This document shows, piece after piece, positions 26,388-35,853 of a stretch of 64,000 bases of DNA; within the stretch, counting starts at the first letter, position 1, and every line of letters starts with the position of its first letter. This DNA comes from Candidatus Dormiibacterota bacterium (GTDB lineage: Bacteria; Chloroflexota; Dormibacteria; Aeolococcales; Bog-877), in contig DAHUZL010000135.1 of the NCBI GenBank assembly GCA_027306655.1, forward strand, positions 6,677 through 70,676. Reading direction: 5' to 3'. The notes under the pieces were generated by a model that worked only from the letters and a program-made list of their open reading frames with translations, was not told the DNA's origin and did no database searches. The position numbers were made by a program, and so were the translations under genes.

Positions 26388-27758
26388 TCACTCCGCCGTG
26401 CTCCGGGGCGGCAGCCGCCGGGCCACCTCCTGGATCGCCTCCGCCGCCGCGGCCAGGGTCTGGTCGATGTCGGCATCGGTGTGGGCGGTGCTGAGGAACC
26501 AGCGCTCCGACTGACCGGGGTGGAAGTAGATCCCGCGCTGCTGCATCGCCTCGTGGAACGCCGCATAGACGTCGCGGCGGCTGTGCCCCATCGCATCGCG
26601 GTAGTCGATCAGGCGCTCGCGGGGGCGGTCCAGGAAGAAGAGCTGGAAGAACGGGCCTACCCCCTGGACCAGGCTCGGGTAGCCGGCGTCGCGGACCACC
26701 CGGAGCAGGCCGTCCTGCAGCCGCTGCGTCAGCCGGTTGAGCTCGGGGTACATGGTGTCGCGGTCGCGCTCGATCCGGTCCAGCACCGCCCGGGCCGCCG
26801 CCAGCACCAGCGGGCTGGCGGTGTAGGTGCCGCCGTGCATGACCTCGCCGGTGGCCTCCAGCTCCATCACGTCGCCGCGGCCGCCGAAGGCCGCGACCGG
26901 GAACCCTCCCCCCAGCACCTTGGCGAAGGTGCTGAGGTCGGGACGGATCCGGAAGTGCTCCTGGGCCCCGCCCGGGGCGAGCCGGAATCCGGTCATCACC
27001 TCGTCGAAGATGAGCAGCACCCCGTGGGCCTCGGTCAGCCTGCGGACCCCCTCCAGGTACCCGGGCAAGGGCGGGATGATCCCGCAGTTGGCGAGCGCCG
27101 GCTCGATCAGCACGGCGGCGATCTCGAAGCCGCGCCGGTCCAGGGTCTGCTCCAGCACCTCGAGGTCGTTGAAGGGCTGGACGATGACGGTGTCGGCGAT
27201 CGCCCGGGGGATGCCGGCGGTGTCGGGGACCGACCGCGGCGCCCGGTGCAGGCCGGCGGCGGCGGCGCCCACCGGCGGGTGGGCGCTGATGTAGTGGAGG
27301 TCGCTCCAGCCGTGGTAGGCGCCCTCGAACTTGACGATCTTCTCCTTGCCCGTGAAGCCGCGGGCCAGCCGCATCGCCGCCATCGTCGCCTCGGTGCCGG
27401 AGCAGGCGAATCGCAGCAGCTCCATCGACGGCACCATCCGCTGCAGACGCTCGCCCACCTCGTAATCGAGACGGTGCGGGAAGCTGAAGTGATAGCCGCG
27501 GGTGGTGATCTGCTCGACCACCGCGGCGACGATGTCCTCGGGGTGATGGCCGAAGAGGAGGGGTCCGTAGCCGAGGCAGTAGTCGAGGTATTCGTTGCCG
27601 TCGACGTCCCACATGCGGGCCCCGGCGGTGCGCTCGATGCAGAGCTCGATGCCCGACCGCAGCCGCGCATAGGAGCTCTCGCCGCCGGCGATGCTGGTGG
27701 CGATCCGGCGGAACATCTCCTGCGACCGCCGGGTGTCGGTGCGGGCGGCGACGGCCAT
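26388..27758 (-). CDS. Class III aminotransferase (glutamate-1-semialdehyde aminomutase-like)
   Basis: 'ACSGTEATMAAMRLARGFTGKEKIVKFEGAYHGW ... LIFDEVMTGFRL ... STFAKVLGGGFPVAAFGG' (PLP lysine region). Confidence 0.8.
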   Translation of the reverse strand: MAVAARTDTRRSQEMFRRIATSIAGGESSYARLRSGIELCIERTAGARMWDVDGNEYLDYCLGYGPLLFGHHPEDIVAAVVEQITTRGYHFSFPHRLDYEVGERLQRMVPSMELLRFACSGTEATMAAMRLARGFTGKEKIVKFEGAYHGWSDLHYISAHPPVGAAAAGLHRAPRSVPDTAGIPRAIADTVIVQPFNDLEVLEQTLDRRGFEIAAVLIEPALANCGIIPPLPGYLEGVRRLTEAHGVLLIFDEVMTGFRLAPGGAQEHFRIRPDLSTFAKVLGGGFPVAAFGGRGDVMELEATGEVMHGGTYTASPLVLAAARAVLDRIERDRDTMYPELNRLTQRLQDGLLRVVRDAGYPSLVQGVGPFFQLFFLDRPRERLIDYRDAMGHSRRDVYAAFHEAMQQRGIYFHPGQSERWFLSTAHTDADIDQTLAAAAEAIQEVARRLPPRSTAE

Positions 27759-27878
27759 GCGAGACCCCCTGGTGGTGGCGAGTCGGCTCGGCGCGGCTAT
27801 CGGGCGCCGCCCGCCTGGTCACGGCGACGGCGCCCGGTCACTCCGTGCACCGGCACGATCCCCCCCCACGCTAAGCTC

Positions 27879-29486
27879 TGGCCCGTGGTGTGTCAAGTCG
27901 AGGACGGGGTGGGGGATCGGTTCGCCATCGCCACCCCCCACCGGGCCGCCACCGAGGCCGGCCGCGCGGCGTTCCAGGCGGGAGGGAGCGCGGTCGACGC
28001 CGCTCTCACCGCCAGCTGTGTGCTGAGCGTGGCCTACCCGCACATGACCGGGGTGGGCGGTGACCTCTTCGCGCTGGTCGCCCGCCCGTCCGGCGAGGTG
28101 GTGGCGGTGAACGGGAGCGGGGCGGCGGCGGCGGGGGTCGACCCCGCCGAGGTCCGCCGCCGCCACGGGACCATGCCCCACGACGGGCCGCTCGCCATCA
28201 CCGTCCCCGGCGCAGTGGCGGCCTGGGGGGTGCTGGAGGGCCTCGGCGCCCGCCGCGGCCTCGCCGACGCCATCGCGCCTGCCGCCCGCCTGGCCCGCGA
28301 GGGCGTCGCGGTCGCCCCCTCGCTGGCGCGGGCGCTCGCCGAGCCGGGCGCGGCCGTGGCCCGCGATCCCGGGCTCGCCGCGGTGTTCGTCCGCGACGGC
28401 GCGCCGCTCACGGCGGGGGCGACCCTCCGGGACCCGGCGCTGGCGGCCACCCTGGAGACCATCGCCCGGGACGGGCCCCCAGCGTTCTACCAGGGTGCCC
28501 TGGGCGAGCGATGGATCCGGGGGCTGCGAACCCAGGGAGCGCTCCTGGCCGAGGCCGACCTCGCCGCCCACCAGACCAGGTGCTCCGCGCCGCTGGTGGG
28601 TCGGTACGGCGAGACCGAGATCCTCACCGCCCCGCCCAACTCCCAGGGCTGCCTGCTGCTCGCGATCCTGGCCGTGGTCGAGCGCCTGGGGCTGGCCCGC
28701 GACCACCTCGGCTCCGACGCCGGGCGGCTGGCCCGGCTTTTCGCGGCGGTGACCGCCGAGCGCGACCGCGGCCTCTGCGATCCCGCCGGCGGCCCGGACT
28801 TCGCCGAGCGGCTGCTGGCGCCGGCCGGGCTGGACCGTCTGGCCGCCCAGGTGGACGGCTCCGCCCCGCCTCCGCCCGGTCCGCCGCCCGGCCGTCACCG
28901 CGGGGACACGGTGGCGGTGGTCGCCGCCGACGCCGACGGCACCGTCGTCTCCCTGAACCACAGCCTCTACGGTGGGTTCGGGTCCGGGATCCGCGAACCC
29001 CAGACCGGGATCATCGCCCACAACCGGGGGGCGTCCTTCGTGCTCGAACCCGGGCATCCCAACCGGCTGGCGCCGGGCCGGCGCCCGGCCCACACCCTGA
29101 TGCCGGTGCTGGTTCGGCGGGAGGGGCGGATCGCGGTCGCAGCCGGCACGATGGGGGGGAGCGCCCACCCGCAGATCCATGCGAGCCTCCTGCTGGCGTG
29201 CCTCGACCGGGACCTCGGGCCCGGCCCCGCCGTCGCCCTGCCTCGCTGGGTGGTCGGCGGCCTCGGCGGCGAGGCGGCTCCGGATGGGGCGATGCCGGTC
29301 GTGTTCGCCGAGGCCGGTGTCGGCGCACCGGTCGTGGCCTCGATCGAGCGGTCGGGCTTCGCCGTCCAGCTTCTGGGGCCGCTCGATGAGGGGGTGGGCC
29401 ACGCCCAGCTGATCGTGCGAGACGCGGCCGGTCTCCTCCGGGCCGGCAGCGACCCCCGCGCGGACGGCGGCGGGCTGGTGGGGTGA
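27879..29486 (+). CDS. ggt: Gamma-glutamyltransferase family protein
   Basis: 'GGDTVAVVAADADGTVVSLNHSLYGGFGSG' (Thr nucleophile) and 'TMGGSAHPQ'. A GTG start is inferred. The 5' 1.8 kb of the ORF is rejected as antisense shadow of the aminotransferase and aldehyde dehydrogenase genes. Confidence 0.75.
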   Translation, partial: WPVVCQVEDGVGDRFAIATPHRAATEAGRAAFQAGGSAVDAALTASCVLSVAYPHMTGVGGDLFALVARPSGEVVAVNGSGAAAAGVDPAEVRRRHGTMPHDGPLAITVPGAVAAWGVLEGLGARRGLADAIAPAARLAREGVAVAPSLARALAEPGAAVARDPGLAAVFVRDGAPLTAGATLRDPALAATLETIARDGPPAFYQGALGERWIRGLRTQGALLAEADLAAHQTRCSAPLVGRYGETEILTAPPNSQGCLLLAILAVVERLGLARDHLGSDAGRLARLFAAVTAERDRGLCDPAGGPDFAERLLAPAGLDRLAAQVDGSAPPPPGPPPGRHRGDTVAVVAADADGTVVSLNHSLYGGFGSGIREPQTGIIAHNRGASFVLEPGHPNRLAPGRRPAHTLMPVLVRREGRIAVAAGTMGGSAHPQIHASLLLACLDRDLGPGPAVALPRWVVGGLGGEAAPDGAMPVVFAEAGVGAPVVASIERSGFAVQLLGPLDEGVGHAQLIVRDAAGLLRAGSDPRADGGGLVG

Positions 29487-29644
29487 CGGCCATCGATGAG
29501 GCTGAGGCACCATGATAGGTCCTGAGTTTGTCCTCTCAGCCAGTTGACGAGGGCGACTCGCCCACGGCCTTATTGAGATCAGACGGTCGGGGCTAGAGTC
29601 ACCTCGGGCCGCCCTCGTCATCAACGGCACCGGGAGGGAGCACA

Positions 29645-31492
29645 GTGTTGGCGACGGGAGGTCGAAGGCGAGCCGGGCAGTGCCGGTATCCGGGACCGAT
29701 CTTGACGGGCGCCCTTGTGATGGGCCTGGTGGCGGGGTGCGGCCAGGTTGCGAGCCACGAGCCGGCCCGCCCAGCCGTCGCGGGCACCGTGACCTTTGCC
29801 GACGCGCCGGGCAACCCTCCGAACTACGTGTTCCCGCTCTTGTCCCTGGCCAACGACGCACCGGCGAATCCTGACGGATTTGTCAACCTCCTCTACCCGC
29901 CCCTGTATGCATTCGGGGTCGGTGACAAGCCGGTGGTGAACACGCGGCGCAGTCTGGCCGACCTTCCCACATACTCCAACGGCGGCCGGACGGTGACGAT
30001 CGATCTCAAGCCGTTCCGATGGTCCGATGGGTGGCCCGTCACCAGCCGTGACGTCCAATTCTGGCAGGACCTGGTCACAGCCAACAAGGCCAACTGGGTC
30101 GGGTACGTTCCGGGCGGCTACCCCGACAACGTGGTGCGTTTCCGACTTATCGGCCCACGTCGCTTCACCATCACATTCAACCGACCCTATGGCCGGTACT
30201 GGCTGCTCTACAATGAACTGAGTCAGCTATGGGCCATCCCGCAACACGCGTGGGACAGGACCTCTTCGGGGCAGCCGGTCGGCAACGCCGATCGGACTGC
30301 AGCTGGAGCGCGGGCCGTATACCACTTCCTCGATGCTCAGGCTCGTACCCTCACCACATACGCGAGTAACCCACTTTGGCGAGTGGTGGACGGCCCGTGG
30401 CGAATTGCCACCTACGCACCGTCGACAGGCTATCTGGCCCTGGTGCCCAACCGGCACTACGCCGGCCCGGACCGTCCGCACCTTGCCCGGATTGAGGAGA
30501 TTCCCTTTACCTCAGACTCGGCCGAGTTTGATGCCCTCCGCTCGGGCGCGATCGACTATGGGTACCTTCCCACCCAGGACCTTCCTCAGCTCAGCTACCT
30601 CACCCACCACGGCTTTCAGTTCCGACCCTGGATCGGCTGGGAGATCAGTTACATCCTGTTCAATTTTACGAATCCCCGGGAGGCGCCGCTTTTCGGGCAG
30701 CTATACCTGCGCCAAGCAATGCAACGGCTAGTAGATCAGCCAGCCTGGATCCGGGACATTCTCAAGGGTTACGGGTATGCCACGACCGGTCCGGTTCCGA
30801 CCCGGCCGCCGAGCACGTTCATCAGTCCCTTCGAATCCCGCATCCCATACCCATACAACCCGGGCTCCGCCATCCGCCTGCTTCGCGAGCACGGGTGGAG
30901 GGTGCATCCGGATGGAGTCACAATCTGCGCTCGGGGCGGATCGGGTGCGCATTCCTGTGGTCCCGGCGTGGCCCGCGGCGCAGCATTGGACTTCACACTG
31001 CTCCAAGCCAGCGGAAACCTTGCCATTCTGCAGGAGATGGAGGCATTCAAGTCGGAGCTGTCGCGCGTGGGGATCCAGATCTCGATCGCGCAGGCGCCTG
31101 AGGGTACGGTGGTGGCAGATACGGCGCCATGCACTCGAGCCACGGGGGCCGGCTGTAGCTGGGATCTCAGCAATTGGGACATCGGAGCCGACGGAAGCTG
31201 GCTCTATGGCCTCGACCACTATCCGACGGGTGGCGCGATTTTTGCCTCCGGGGCGGGTGCCAACGGTGGTGGCTATAGCGATCCTCACTCAGACGCGCTG
31301 ATCTCTGCCACCCATACGTCGAGCAGCCTCTCGGCCCTCTATCGATACGAGGACTATCTGGCCCGCCAGCTTCCGGTCCTGTGGATCCCGAACCAGGACA
31401 ATTACCTCACCATCATTCGCTCAAGCCTCCGCGGCGCACTCCCCCAGAATCCCTTTGGCACAATCGAGCCGCAGGATTGGCGATTCAACTGA
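29645..31492 (+). CDS. ABC transporter substrate-binding lipoprotein, family 5 (peptide/opine/nickel type)
   Basis: Lipobox 'LVAGCGQ'. 'RWSDGWPVTSRDVQFWQDLVTANKANW' is a family-5 signature. The gene lies inside the lower-GC island. Confidence 0.75.
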   Translation: MLATGGRRRAGQCRYPGPILTGALVMGLVAGCGQVASHEPARPAVAGTVTFADAPGNPPNYVFPLLSLANDAPANPDGFVNLLYPPLYAFGVGDKPVVNTRRSLADLPTYSNGGRTVTIDLKPFRWSDGWPVTSRDVQFWQDLVTANKANWVGYVPGGYPDNVVRFRLIGPRRFTITFNRPYGRYWLLYNELSQLWAIPQHAWDRTSSGQPVGNADRTAAGARAVYHFLDAQARTLTTYASNPLWRVVDGPWRIATYAPSTGYLALVPNRHYAGPDRPHLARIEEIPFTSDSAEFDALRSGAIDYGYLPTQDLPQLSYLTHHGFQFRPWIGWEISYILFNFTNPREAPLFGQLYLRQAMQRLVDQPAWIRDILKGYGYATTGPVPTRPPSTFISPFESRIPYPYNPGSAIRLLREHGWRVHPDGVTICARGGSGAHSCGPGVARGAALDFTLLQASGNLAILQEMEAFKSELSRVGIQISIAQAPEGTVVADTAPCTRATGAGCSWDLSNWDIGADGSWLYGLDHYPTGGAIFASGAGANGGGYSDPHSDALISATHTSSSLSALYRYEDYLARQLPVLWIPNQDNYLTIIRSSLRGALPQNPFGTIEPQDWRFN

Positions 31493-31521
31493 CGGCGGAG
31501 ACGGCGGCTGCCTTCCGCCAT

Positions 31522-32790
31522 TTGGAATTCCTCGCCGGCCAGTGTGGACCACGGCCGGCTGGATCACCGTCGGCGGTCAGGGCACGGGGGTACATTGCTG
31601 ATGCCCTCGAGCGCCTGGGGATGGATGTTGCAATCACGCCGATCTCTGCTCCGCGCTACGCCCTGGTGACGTCACGGCTCCGCGCCGCCAGGTCGGGAGG
31701 TTGGCGGGAAGTCGAGCACAAGCCGGTGTGGTTCGCCGGCGACACGGGATGCGACGCCATTCAGGCCGAGTTGGTCGACGGGGGGGACGGCAGCGAGGCT
31801 TTCCTTGGTGGCGGAGGCGTCGCTGACAAGGTTGTGTTGATCGCGCGCGATGTATACGTCGATTATCCAGACGTCGTCTTGACCGATCGGCTTCTACGGC
31901 ACCGGCCGGCCGCGGTGCTGTACACGACCAGGGCCGGCTACCAAGGCGGTCCCCCCGACGTGTACTACAACTATCGGACCGTGGAGAGTCACCCGCCCCC
32001 GCCTTCGGCGGTGATCGACTACGCGGCGGCACTGGATCTACTTCGGCGACCACCGAGGCTGGTCGAGTACCAGGCGCAGTACCGGGTCGAGGCGGGGACA
32101 TGCGCCCACGTCGTCGCCACCCTAGCGGGTTCCGACCCCCGCGCCGGTCGGGTCGTAGTGTGCGCTCACTACGACAGCGTTCCCGGGAGCCCGGGTGCCG
32201 CTGACGATGCCGGCGGGGTGGCTGTCGTGCTCGCGCTTGCCGAGCGCCTCAGTGCCCAGGCCCGCCGCGGCCAGCCTCCTCGGCAAACCGTGACCTTTGT
32301 GGCGTGGTCCGGACACGAGACGGGGGTTCACGGGAGCAGCCAGTTCCTCGGCCGGCATCCGGAGTTTGTCGCCAGCTGCCGCTTCGCGCTCAATTTTGAC
32401 GGGATTGGGAGCCGTCTCCACCTCAACCAGATGCTAGGCTGCGGCAGCCCGGAGGTGCTAGCGGCAGTCCAGGGGCGGGTCGCCGGGTGTGGGTATGAGT
32501 GGCCGATGTCCATAGGCCCGGGAGGGCTCGACGTGATCAACCTGACGGCCGTCGGCGTGCCTTGGGTCTCCTTGGGCCAGGGGTTGACCGCGTGGGCGCA
32601 CACGCCCCTCGATGACGTCGACAGCTGCAGCCCCGGCGCCCTTGCCGCGCCGCTGGTTGCGGCCTGGGCGATTTTGGAGTGGGCGGTCGAGGCGGCGGAG
32701 ATTCCGCGCGGGTACCCGCCGGCTCTGGCCGCGGACGCTGCCGAGTACTGTGCCCGGTTCGGTTGGGGGCCGATCGTGGACGAGGACTGA
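31522..32790 (+). CDS. M28 family metallopeptidase
   Basis: 'VVCAHYDSVPGSPGAADDAGGVAVVLALAERL ... VAWSGHETGVHGS'. A TTG start just after the SBP stop is inferred. The ORF's 5' portion overlaps the SBP gene. Confidence 0.6.
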   Translation: MEFLAGQCGPRPAGSPSAVRARGYIADALERLGMDVAITPISAPRYALVTSRLRAARSGGWREVEHKPVWFAGDTGCDAIQAELVDGGDGSEAFLGGGGVADKVVLIARDVYVDYPDVVLTDRLLRHRPAAVLYTTRAGYQGGPPDVYYNYRTVESHPPPPSAVIDYAAALDLLRRPPRLVEYQAQYRVEAGTCAHVVATLAGSDPRAGRVVVCAHYDSVPGSPGAADDAGGVAVVLALAERLSAQARRGQPPRQTVTFVAWSGHETGVHGSSQFLGRHPEFVASCRFALNFDGIGSRLHLNQMLGCGSPEVLAAVQGRVAGCGYEWPMSIGPGGLDVINLTAVGVPWVSLGQGLTAWAHTPLDDVDSCSPGALAAPLVAAWAILEWAVEAAEIPRGYPPALAADAAEYCARFGWGPIVDED

Positions 32791-32818
32791 TCTGTCCCAA
32801 CTCTACCGAGTGCGCGCG

Positions 32819-33214
32819 TCAGTCGCTGGAGGCGTCCGCTTGAACCTCGACCAGCCAGGCCGGGTCAACCAGCCGGGAAACCTCAACCAATGTGGATGGA
32901 GGCGGCGTGCTACCGAAGAAACTAGGCGCGATCGCACGCTCAGCGCGGAGGTACTCGTCCATGTCCGTGGTGAAGGTGTTGAGGTGGGTGACCGCTCGCC
33001 AGTCGAGGCCGAGGGCCCTCAGCGCCGTCGTCACCATCTCGTAGCAGCAGCGAATCTGCCCAGCCATGTCAGTCGCCACCAGCCGGCCCTCGGCGTCGAG
33101 CGCCACCTGACCACCGATGCGGTAGCTGTGGCGGCCATCCGCCACCGAGACGTGGCTGTAGAGGTTGTCGGTGGGCGGATGCAGGCCGATCGGGTTGCGA
33201 TACACTACGGTCAT
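32819..33214 (-). CDS. ridA: RidA/YjgF family protein
   Basis: Start at 'MTVVYRNPIGLHPPTDNLYSHVSVADG'. The gene overlaps the upstream DMFase-like gene by 4 nt. Confidence 0.75.
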   Translation of the reverse strand: MTVVYRNPIGLHPPTDNLYSHVSVADGRHSYRIGGQVALDAEGRLVATDMAGQIRCCYEMVTTALRALGLDWRAVTHLNTFTTDMDEYLRAERAIAPSFFGSTPPPSTLVEVSRLVDPAWLVEVQADASSD

Positions 33215-35469
33215 TGCGGCAGCGGTTCCGGGTCGCTGAATCGGCGCAGCACGTTGGCGGTGATGGTCGAGACGTTGTTGCGGTCCCCGTGGTGCGTCAG
33301 ACTGCCGCCCCACGCTATCGAGCCGACCGCGAAGACGCCCCCACCGGTCGCAGTGGCGTAGTAGGTGACGTCGGCACGGATGGCGGGGTTCTCGGCTGCG
33401 CCGGTCCCCGGTGAGGGCAACCCATCACCGCCGACGTAATTGTTGGAATGGCCCTCGGAGGACGCCAGCAACAGGGTGCCGGGTGGCGAGCCTCGGCGGG
33501 AGTCCATGCTGTCGATCTCGAGACCGGCGGCCCCGCCGCCTACCGCACCGAAATCGCCGATCCGTTCGTCGTCGGCCACGCCCTCAAAGATCCAGCTCGC
33601 GCGCGAGTCCTTGCTCCCGGGCTGGCGTCGATAGAAGGAGCAGCTGTCGAACCCTGATGCTATGTAGCCGAGCCCCATCAGCTTGTGGGGATCGCGGCCC
33701 GATAGCCGCCACGAGCCACCCACTTCGCCCGTAAAGGCGTAGTGGAACTCCCCTGGAAGCGCTTCCCAGTCGTTGCCGCCACCCCATCGGCGAATCTCGA
33801 CCAGATCGGGCCGGTGCGGGTGAAAGGCGATGCTGCCGTGGAATCCATTGCCGCCGAGATACACCACCCTCCCACCCTCGCACACGTACTGCTCGACCGC
33901 ATCCAGCATCGCGCCCGAGTAATACTCGGGGTGGCACCCGGTGACCACCGCGCGATAGGGGCGCAGCAGGTCTACGCCTTCGGTGTGGAGATCATCGTCG
34001 GTAATGACGTCATGCTCAAAGCCCTGACGGGTCATCCAAGATGAGATGCGCAGATCACCGATGAAGGTTCCCAGATTGAATCGATCCCAGCTGTCACGAC
34101 GCGGCTGCAGATTGAGGACCGGCCGCCGACGGGAGGCGAAGGCGACGCCGCTGCCGTCGCTGTGCGTGTCATAGGGCGAGAGCCCGAACTCGCGGTGCGC
34201 CGCCAAGAACAGCTCCTGGGTTTCAAAGACCAGGGTGCGGCCGAAATAGAGTTCGGTGAGCGGGACGTCGATGGCTCCGCGCACGTTGGCATAGACCGCA
34301 TAGGTGGCAGTGGGCGCGAGAAACGCGAGCGGCCTCGTCGCTTGGGCCGCTGAGGGCTTGACGAAGAGGGGGACGTAGTGGTCATCGAGTCCTTGCGCCA
34401 GATGGATGGCGTAGATGCCTGAGGTGGCATCCGGCGGCACCGTCATGCTGAAGTCCGGAAGCCATCGGGCATCGTCAAGATCGTCGTCATGGAAGTGGAT
34501 CGCGGCGTACTCGTCGGGGCGGTCGATGAAACGGACAGCCTTGCCTGTCCAGTTGTGGCCAGTGACCGCGCGGGTTGGCTGATTGACGGTCCGCCCATGC
34601 TGGTCTCGGCCGCTACTGTCGACGACGACATCAGTGGCGACGCCGCCGGAGTCGATGTTGGCCGCAAAGTTCCATCGGCCTACGAGTCCGTCGACCCGAT
34701 CGCCCCGAAGTACCCGGTCGATGGCGCGGGCCCCGAGTGCCCGATCCGCCAGCCATGGGCTCTCCAGCTTGCCATTGAAGTGGTGACGAGCCGCGCCGGG
34801 AAGAGCGCCGTCGGCGGTGGGGAGGGCGGCCATCATGAGCGGGATCGAGATCGTCTCCGCCTCCCCGGTGGGCGGGGACAGGGGCCAGCCTTGGCTGCCG
34901 TCCTCGATCGGAGTGACCCGGGCATAGACGTCCACCGGGCGCAGAGGAAGGGCCACCTGGGTGATCTGAACCGTGCCGACGGCAGGATCCACGATGGCTG
35001 CTACCCGATACCAGCAGCGCTCGCGCAGAGGCGCGCCGGCCTGGAAGCGCTGGGTCGCGCCTCCGGGGCCCCGGAGCCACAGTTCAGTCGCGGCGCTCTC
35101 ATTCACGACCAGGGCAAAGCCCGGACCTCCCGCGGGATCCCACCGTCCGAGAATGGCCTGGATACCCTGGCCGGGCTTGGTCGGCCAGATGAGGGCGCCC
35201 AAGGATAGGCCGGTCCCTGGTCCGAGGGCGGGGTGGGCTGGCACTATCACATGCGACCCGGACCATGCCCGCTGATGCCGCCCCGGGTAGTGACCATTGC
35301 CGACCGCGTCGACCCCAATCTCGGGATGGGTCGGTCCGCCCGGATCCTGATCGGAATGCTCCAGGCGGACCAGCCGGGCCGCATAGGTGGATGACGCCTC
35401 CGTTGACACCATGACCTGGACCGTGTCGCCCGGCCGCACGCTCCAGCGATCGGAGTAGCCACAGATCAT
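33211..35469 (-). CDS. N,N-dimethylformamidase large (beta) subunit-like protein
   Basis: 752 aa. The size and the N-terminus 'MICGYSDRWSVRPGDTV' resemble the DmfA2 family. It follows a 128-aa partner gene with a 4-nt overlap. The family assignment is made from memory. Confidence 0.55.
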   Translation of the reverse strand: MICGYSDRWSVRPGDTVQVMVSTEASSTYAARLVRLEHSDQDPGGPTHPEIGVDAVGNGHYPGRHQRAWSGSHVIVPAHPALGPGTGLSLGALIWPTKPGQGIQAILGRWDPAGGPGFALVVNESAATELWLRGPGGATQRFQAGAPLRERCWYRVAAIVDPAVGTVQITQVALPLRPVDVYARVTPIEDGSQGWPLSPPTGEAETISIPLMMAALPTADGALPGAARHHFNGKLESPWLADRALGARAIDRVLRGDRVDGLVGRWNFAANIDSGGVATDVVVDSSGRDQHGRTVNQPTRAVTGHNWTGKAVRFIDRPDEYAAIHFHDDDLDDARWLPDFSMTVPPDATSGIYAIHLAQGLDDHYVPLFVKPSAAQATRPLAFLAPTATYAVYANVRGAIDVPLTELYFGRTLVFETQELFLAAHREFGLSPYDTHSDGSGVAFASRRRPVLNLQPRRDSWDRFNLGTFIGDLRISSWMTRQGFEHDVITDDDLHTEGVDLLRPYRAVVTGCHPEYYSGAMLDAVEQYVCEGGRVVYLGGNGFHGSIAFHPHRPDLVEIRRWGGGNDWEALPGEFHYAFTGEVGGSWRLSGRDPHKLMGLGYIASGFDSCSFYRRQPGSKDSRASWIFEGVADDERIGDFGAVGGGAAGLEIDSMDSRRGSPPGTLLLASSEGHSNNYVGGDGLPSPGTGAAENPAIRADVTYYATATGGGVFAVGSIAWGGSLTHHGDRNNVSTITANVLRRFSDPEPLPQ

Positions 35470-35852
35470 GTGGGGAACACGGGCACACCGAGGTCGCTCA
35501 AGCGGCGGCAGAAGACCATGTGTTCGGCCTCGGCACGGGAGGTTGCGGCCAGGTCGGGAACTCGCTCCGGTGGCGTCTGGCGATCTCCGGAGAGCACGAC
35601 AACACCGAACAGTTGGTCTGGCTCCAAGGCGACGATCCCATACTGCCCCCGCTGCTCCCCGTGATTGCGGCGCAGGTATAGGAGGATGCGTTCCAAGTGA
35701 GGCGAGTGCGGTCCGAAGGGGTTATGGCGGTGCTCGGCGACGAGCTCCGGTGTAACCAGCGGACGGAGATGGTCCTCGAACAGCCGACGATCGGCGGCCC
35801 GGTAGGCAGCGATCTCAGGCGGATCGGGTGACACGCCGCCGACCGTTGCCAC
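35466..35852 (-). CDS. N,N-dimethylformamidase small (alpha) subunit-like protein
   Basis: 128 aa, translationally coupled upstream of the large-subunit-like gene. The small-plus-large arrangement mirrors dmfA1-dmfA2. Confidence 0.45.
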   Translation of the reverse strand: MATVGGVSPDPPEIAAYRAADRRLFEDHLRPLVTPELVAEHRHNPFGPHSPHLERILLYLRRNHGEQRGQYGIVALEPDQLFGVVVLSGDRQTPPERVPDLAATSRAEAEHMVFCRRLSDLGVPVFPT

Positions 35853-35853
35853 C

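Noticed and set aside
26004-27878. The 5' 1.9 kb of the 1160-aa + ORF ending at 29486
   Set aside because: Only the last ~535 codons (GGT) are coding on this strand. The upstream part is antisense to the aminotransferase and aldehyde dehydrogenase genes.
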